Position numbers and translations under genes: made by a program
Shown here: piece after piece, positions 60,830 through 64,000 of the stretch
How the letters are laid out: every line of letters begins with the position of its first letter
How positions within the stretch are numbered: the first letter of the stretch is position 1
Notes under the pieces: model-generated
What the model saw: only the letters and a program-made list of their open reading frames with translations
What the model was told of the DNA's origin: nothing
Database searches by the model: none
Origin: Gammaproteobacteria bacterium
GTDB lineage: Bacteria; Pseudomonadota; Gammaproteobacteria; UBA4575
Assembly (NCBI GenBank): GCA_965243395.1
Contig: CBDEUS010000002.1
Coordinates: forward strand, 192,001-256,000
Direction: 5' to 3'
DNA length: 64,000 nucleotides

Positions 60830-61656
60830 AAGTTAAGACTCCCCTCAAAACTATATTGCGCAGGCCCCGTCATCATCACGGGTGCTGCGTGGTTATCACA
60901 CTCAATCTGCAAACTTCCGCCAAGCAGGTCTACAGTTACACTCTTATCTAACAGGCCGCGGGCCTGTCCGATTGCAACGGCTGCACATGCTCCTGTGCCA
61001 CAAGCACTTGTTTCACCCACGTGTCTTTCAAAAACACGCAATGCGATGTGCTCAGGACTTAACACTTGCATAAACCCTACGTTAGCTTTGTTTGGAAACA
61101 TCGAGTGTTTCTCTAGTTTGGGGCCTAAAATACCTACGGGTGCTTTATTTATATCTTCTACCTGCAATACTGCATGGGGGTTGCCCATTGAAACTGCGCC
61201 TATTTCCACTTGTTCACCCTCAACATCAAGCTGATAACTTAATGCTTGGGCTTCTGCTGAAAACGGAATTTCTCCAGGCTCAAAAATGGGTACTCCCATA
61301 TTTACAGTTACCATATCGCCTTCGTGCAGGTAAATTTGATATACACCACTAATTGTTTTGATGTTTATAGAAGTTTGGTTTGTTAATCCATTTAATGCTA
61401 GAAACTTGCCAATACATCGTGCGCCGTTTCCACATTGTTCAACTTCTTCTCCATTGCTGTTGTAGATTTGATAGTTGAAATCAATTTCCGCATCTGTCGC
61501 AGGACGAATGACTAAAACTTGATCACAACCTACACCTAATTTTCGATCTGCAATCCAACGAATTTTTTCGCTAGTAAGTTGCACATCTTGATTCACAGCA
61601 TCGAAGACGACGAAATCATTACCTAATCCGTGCATTTTTGCAAATCGAACTTGCAT
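60826..61656 (-). CDS. dapF: Diaminopimelate epimerase
   Basis: KMHGLGNDF, CGNG, GNPH and ETSACGTG. Confidence 0.97.
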   Translation of the reverse strand: MQVRFAKMHGLGNDFVVFDAVNQDVQLTSEKIRWIADRKLGVGCDQVLVIRPATDAEIDFNYQIYNSNGEEVEQCGNGARCIGKFLALNGLTNQTSINIKTISGVYQIYLHEGDMVTVNMGVPIFEPGEIPFSAEAQALSYQLDVEGEQVEIGAVSMGNPHAVLQVEDINKAPVGILGPKLEKHSMFPNKANVGFMQVLSPEHIALRVFERHVGETSACGTGACAAVAIGQARGLLDKSVTVDLLGGSLQIECDNHAAPVMMTGPAQYSFEGSLNL

Positions 61657-61736
61657 AACTAACTAGTATTTTATGGTAGTAAAAAAAATTTAATTAATCC
61701 TATTCATTAAGAATATTCTTTAGAGTATTACAAATA

Positions 61737-62159
61737 CTACTTCATTAAACGAACATACTCTTTGTAAATGCACTTATCCATTACCGTGAAAATGTTTTCT
61801 TGATGGGCACGGTTTGCACTTTCTACATCCACAACACCTTCTTGTAACCATAATGCACTGATTTTTTTGTTTATGCATTGCTCAGTTATTTCCGCTACAT
61901 ACTTTGGAGCACGAAACACATCCACTAAATCTACTGTAAATGGTATTTCTTGCAATGAAGCATATGCTTTGATGCCTAGAACTTCAGTGACTGCTGGTCG
62001 AACCGGGATAACTTCGTATCCAAACTCTAGCAAGTGCTTAGCAACGCGATAACTAGGCCTGTTTTCTTTGGGTGATAATCCAATCACCGCAATTGTTCTA
62101 ACACGTTTAAAAAGGTCAATCAGTGCTTCATCACTTGGCAGTACATAGGTATCTTGCAT
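61737..62159 (-). CDS. CoA-binding protein (YccU-like)
   Basis: IAVIGLS...RPS, VDVFR and WLQEG. Confidence 0.9.
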   Translation of the reverse strand: MQDTYVLPSDEALIDLFKRVRTIAVIGLSPKENRPSYRVAKHLLEFGYEVIPVRPAVTEVLGIKAYASLQEIPFTVDLVDVFRAPKYVAEITEQCINKKISALWLQEGVVDVESANRAHQENIFTVMDKCIYKEYVRLMK

Positions 62160-62167
62160 ACATTAAC

Positions 62168-62848
62168 TCATTGTAAGTAACCATAAATAAGCACATGTCG
62201 ATCGCTTACTTTGTCTATATGTAAACCATCTAATCCTGCATTAGTAATTTGTAGACGTAATTCATCAGGCGTAAATGCTGCTAATAACGAGTTGTAAAAG
62301 TCTCTGCGTAAAATTTCAGGTTCATCGCTTGCATATTGATCAACTAATTGTTGCGCATCGTGTATAGACTCAGGTCGATATAAATCACAAACATATATTG
62401 CTGTATCGTCTGTAGCGAATTGTTTAATCGTTGACCACATATGCTGTGGATCATGTAAATGATGCAACAAACTATTTGAAATAATAGCCTGATAGGTTTT
62501 ATTTTTAATGGAGCAATTTGGCAATTGTTGCAAATGCAATGTAATTCGATTAGTTAATGAATGGCTAGATATTAATATTTCAGCTTGCGTAAGCATCTCT
62601 TCTGCTCCATCAATTGCATCGATGTGGCATTCCTCATAACGCTGTGCAAAACGTACCGTAACATCTCCCGACCCGCATCCTAGGTCCAGCACTTCATGTA
62701 ATGGTTCAATAGCTGGAAAGATTTGTGAAAAATTATCAATTATCGATTGGTGTGCTTCTTCAAAATCTGCATTGGAATAGGCCAAAACCTGCTCTGGATC
62801 GTTCATAAGTTCCGGTTCAACTATTCTTTCCATTTTTGGGCTAGCCAT
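62168..62848 (-). CDS. Class I SAM-dependent methyltransferase
   Basis: EPELM, LDLGCGSG and SNSLLHH. Confidence 0.88.
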   Translation of the reverse strand: MASPKMERIVEPELMNDPEQVLAYSNADFEEAHQSIIDNFSQIFPAIEPLHEVLDLGCGSGDVTVRFAQRYEECHIDAIDGAEEMLTQAEILISSHSLTNRITLHLQQLPNCSIKNKTYQAIISNSLLHHLHDPQHMWSTIKQFATDDTAIYVCDLYRPESIHDAQQLVDQYASDEPEILRRDFYNSLLAAFTPDELRLQITNAGLDGLHIDKVSDRHVLIYGYLQ

Positions 62849-64000
62849 CCGGAATGATTTCGTTTGCCATCAGCTGGTCAAATGTTTCGCGTAAACGTAT
62901 TAAGTGAACCTGATCTCCATCCACTAGTATTTCTGCAGCACGTAAGCGAGTATTGTAATTACTCGCCATTACCGAGCCATACGCCCCGGCAGCATGCACT
63001 GCAAGTAAAGTGCCTTCTTGTATAGCAAGCGTACGCTGCTTACCAAGGAAATCACCTGTCTCGCACACCGGACCTACTACATCATAGGTTGCAGAAGATT
63101 CCGTTGTTTGCTCGATAGTTGTAATGTCGTGCCAGGCCGAATACAGAGATGGACGCATAAAATCATTCATGGCGGCATCCACTAAAGCAAAATTTTTATC
63201 GCGGGTTTCTTTTATATGCTCTACACGAGTAAGTAATATTCCAGCATCACCTACTATCGAGCGACCAGGTTCAATGAAAATCTCAATGTCTCGTCCCTCC
63301 ATAAAAGGCGCGAGCGTTTCAGCATATTGCGCTGCACTGGGGGGATGATCATCATCTTGATAACGAATGCCTAAACCGCCTCCAACATCTACATGTTGTA
63401 GCACAATGCCAATACCGGCTAATTCATCGACAAGAGCAAAAACTTTTTCAAAACTCATTTGGAATGGACTTAAATCCAGTAATTGTGAACCGATATGACA
63501 ATCCACACCCACGGCTTTTAAATGACTACACTGTTCTATTTGTTGGTAGATATCCAAAGCTAAATTGATATCCACACCAAACTTATTTTCTTTTAAACCT
63601 GTGGCTATATATGGATGCGTGTTCGCATCTACGTCTGGATTTACACGTAATGAAACATTGGTCTGTATATCCATCTCACGTGTAATCGCATCTAGTCGTG
63701 CAAGCTCCGCTATCGATTCTATATTGAAACAATCCACGCCCATGACTAGAGCTCGACGAATTTCATCAGATCGCTTTGCGACACCAGAAAAAACAACTTT
63801 GTTGACATCGCCACCTGCGCGAATAACGCGTTCCAACTCACCTATGGAGACGATATCAAAGCCCGAACCAAGCTTTGCAAGTAAGTTCAAAACAGCAAGG
63901 TTCGAATTAGCCTTCACGGCATAACAAATACGCGAAGGCCATTTACTCAAGGCATTTTCAAAAGCGCGATAATTCTTTTCAATTGTGGCTTTAGAGTACA
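62841..64000 (-). CDS. lysA: Diaminopimelate decarboxylase (5' part outside the window)
   Basis: YAVKAN, HIGSQ, EPGR and GPVCETGD; the frame stays open to the window edge. Confidence 0.96.
   Translation of the reverse strand, partial: YSKATIEKNYRAFENALSKWPSRICYAVKANSNLAVLNLLAKLGSGFDIVSIGELERVIRAGGDVNKVVFSGVAKRSDEIRRALVMGVDCFNIESIAELARLDAITREMDIQTNVSLRVNPDVDANTHPYIATGLKENKFGVDINLALDIYQQIEQCSHLKAVGVDCHIGSQLLDLSPFQMSFEKVFALVDELAGIGIVLQHVDVGGGLGIRYQDDDHPPSAAQYAETLAPFMEGRDIEIFIEPGRSIVGDAGILLTRVEHIKETRDKNFALVDAAMNDFMRPSLYSAWHDITTIEQTTESSATYDVVGPVCETGDFLGKQRTLAIQEGTLLAVHAAGAYGSVMASNYNTRLRAAEILVDGDQVHLIRLRETFDQLMANEIIPDG

Overview
This is an AT-rich gammaproteobacterial chromosome segment made mostly of core genes: rph-rdgB-hemW, rpmE, adk, hemH, priA-argS-SPOR, nadA, speA/speE, glnK-amtB, ubiK-comM, dsbA-cytochrome c4-yihA, polA, thrB, a TRAP transporter, uvrD, ubiEJB, hslVU and xerC-DUF484-dapF-lysA. 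I found no rRNA, tRNA, CRISPR array, transposase or integron integrase. The most interesting signals are non-coding. (1) A 30-bp 12-6-12 imperfect inverted repeat occurs four times and brackets two single genes like cassettes: a non-canonical fae paralogue and an AT-rich orphan. (2) A second, dispersed mini-repeat has CAKGGATG-loop hairpins, and one copy has inserted inside a 30-bp site. (3) A probable sigmaE-driven sRNA with C-rich loops sits at the polA-yihA (Spot42/ErsA/sX13) locus. (4) A DnaA-box triplet with DARS-core geometry lies upstream of rpmE, and a DnaA-box pair abuts priA. All calls come from reading the sequence by eye; no searches were run.
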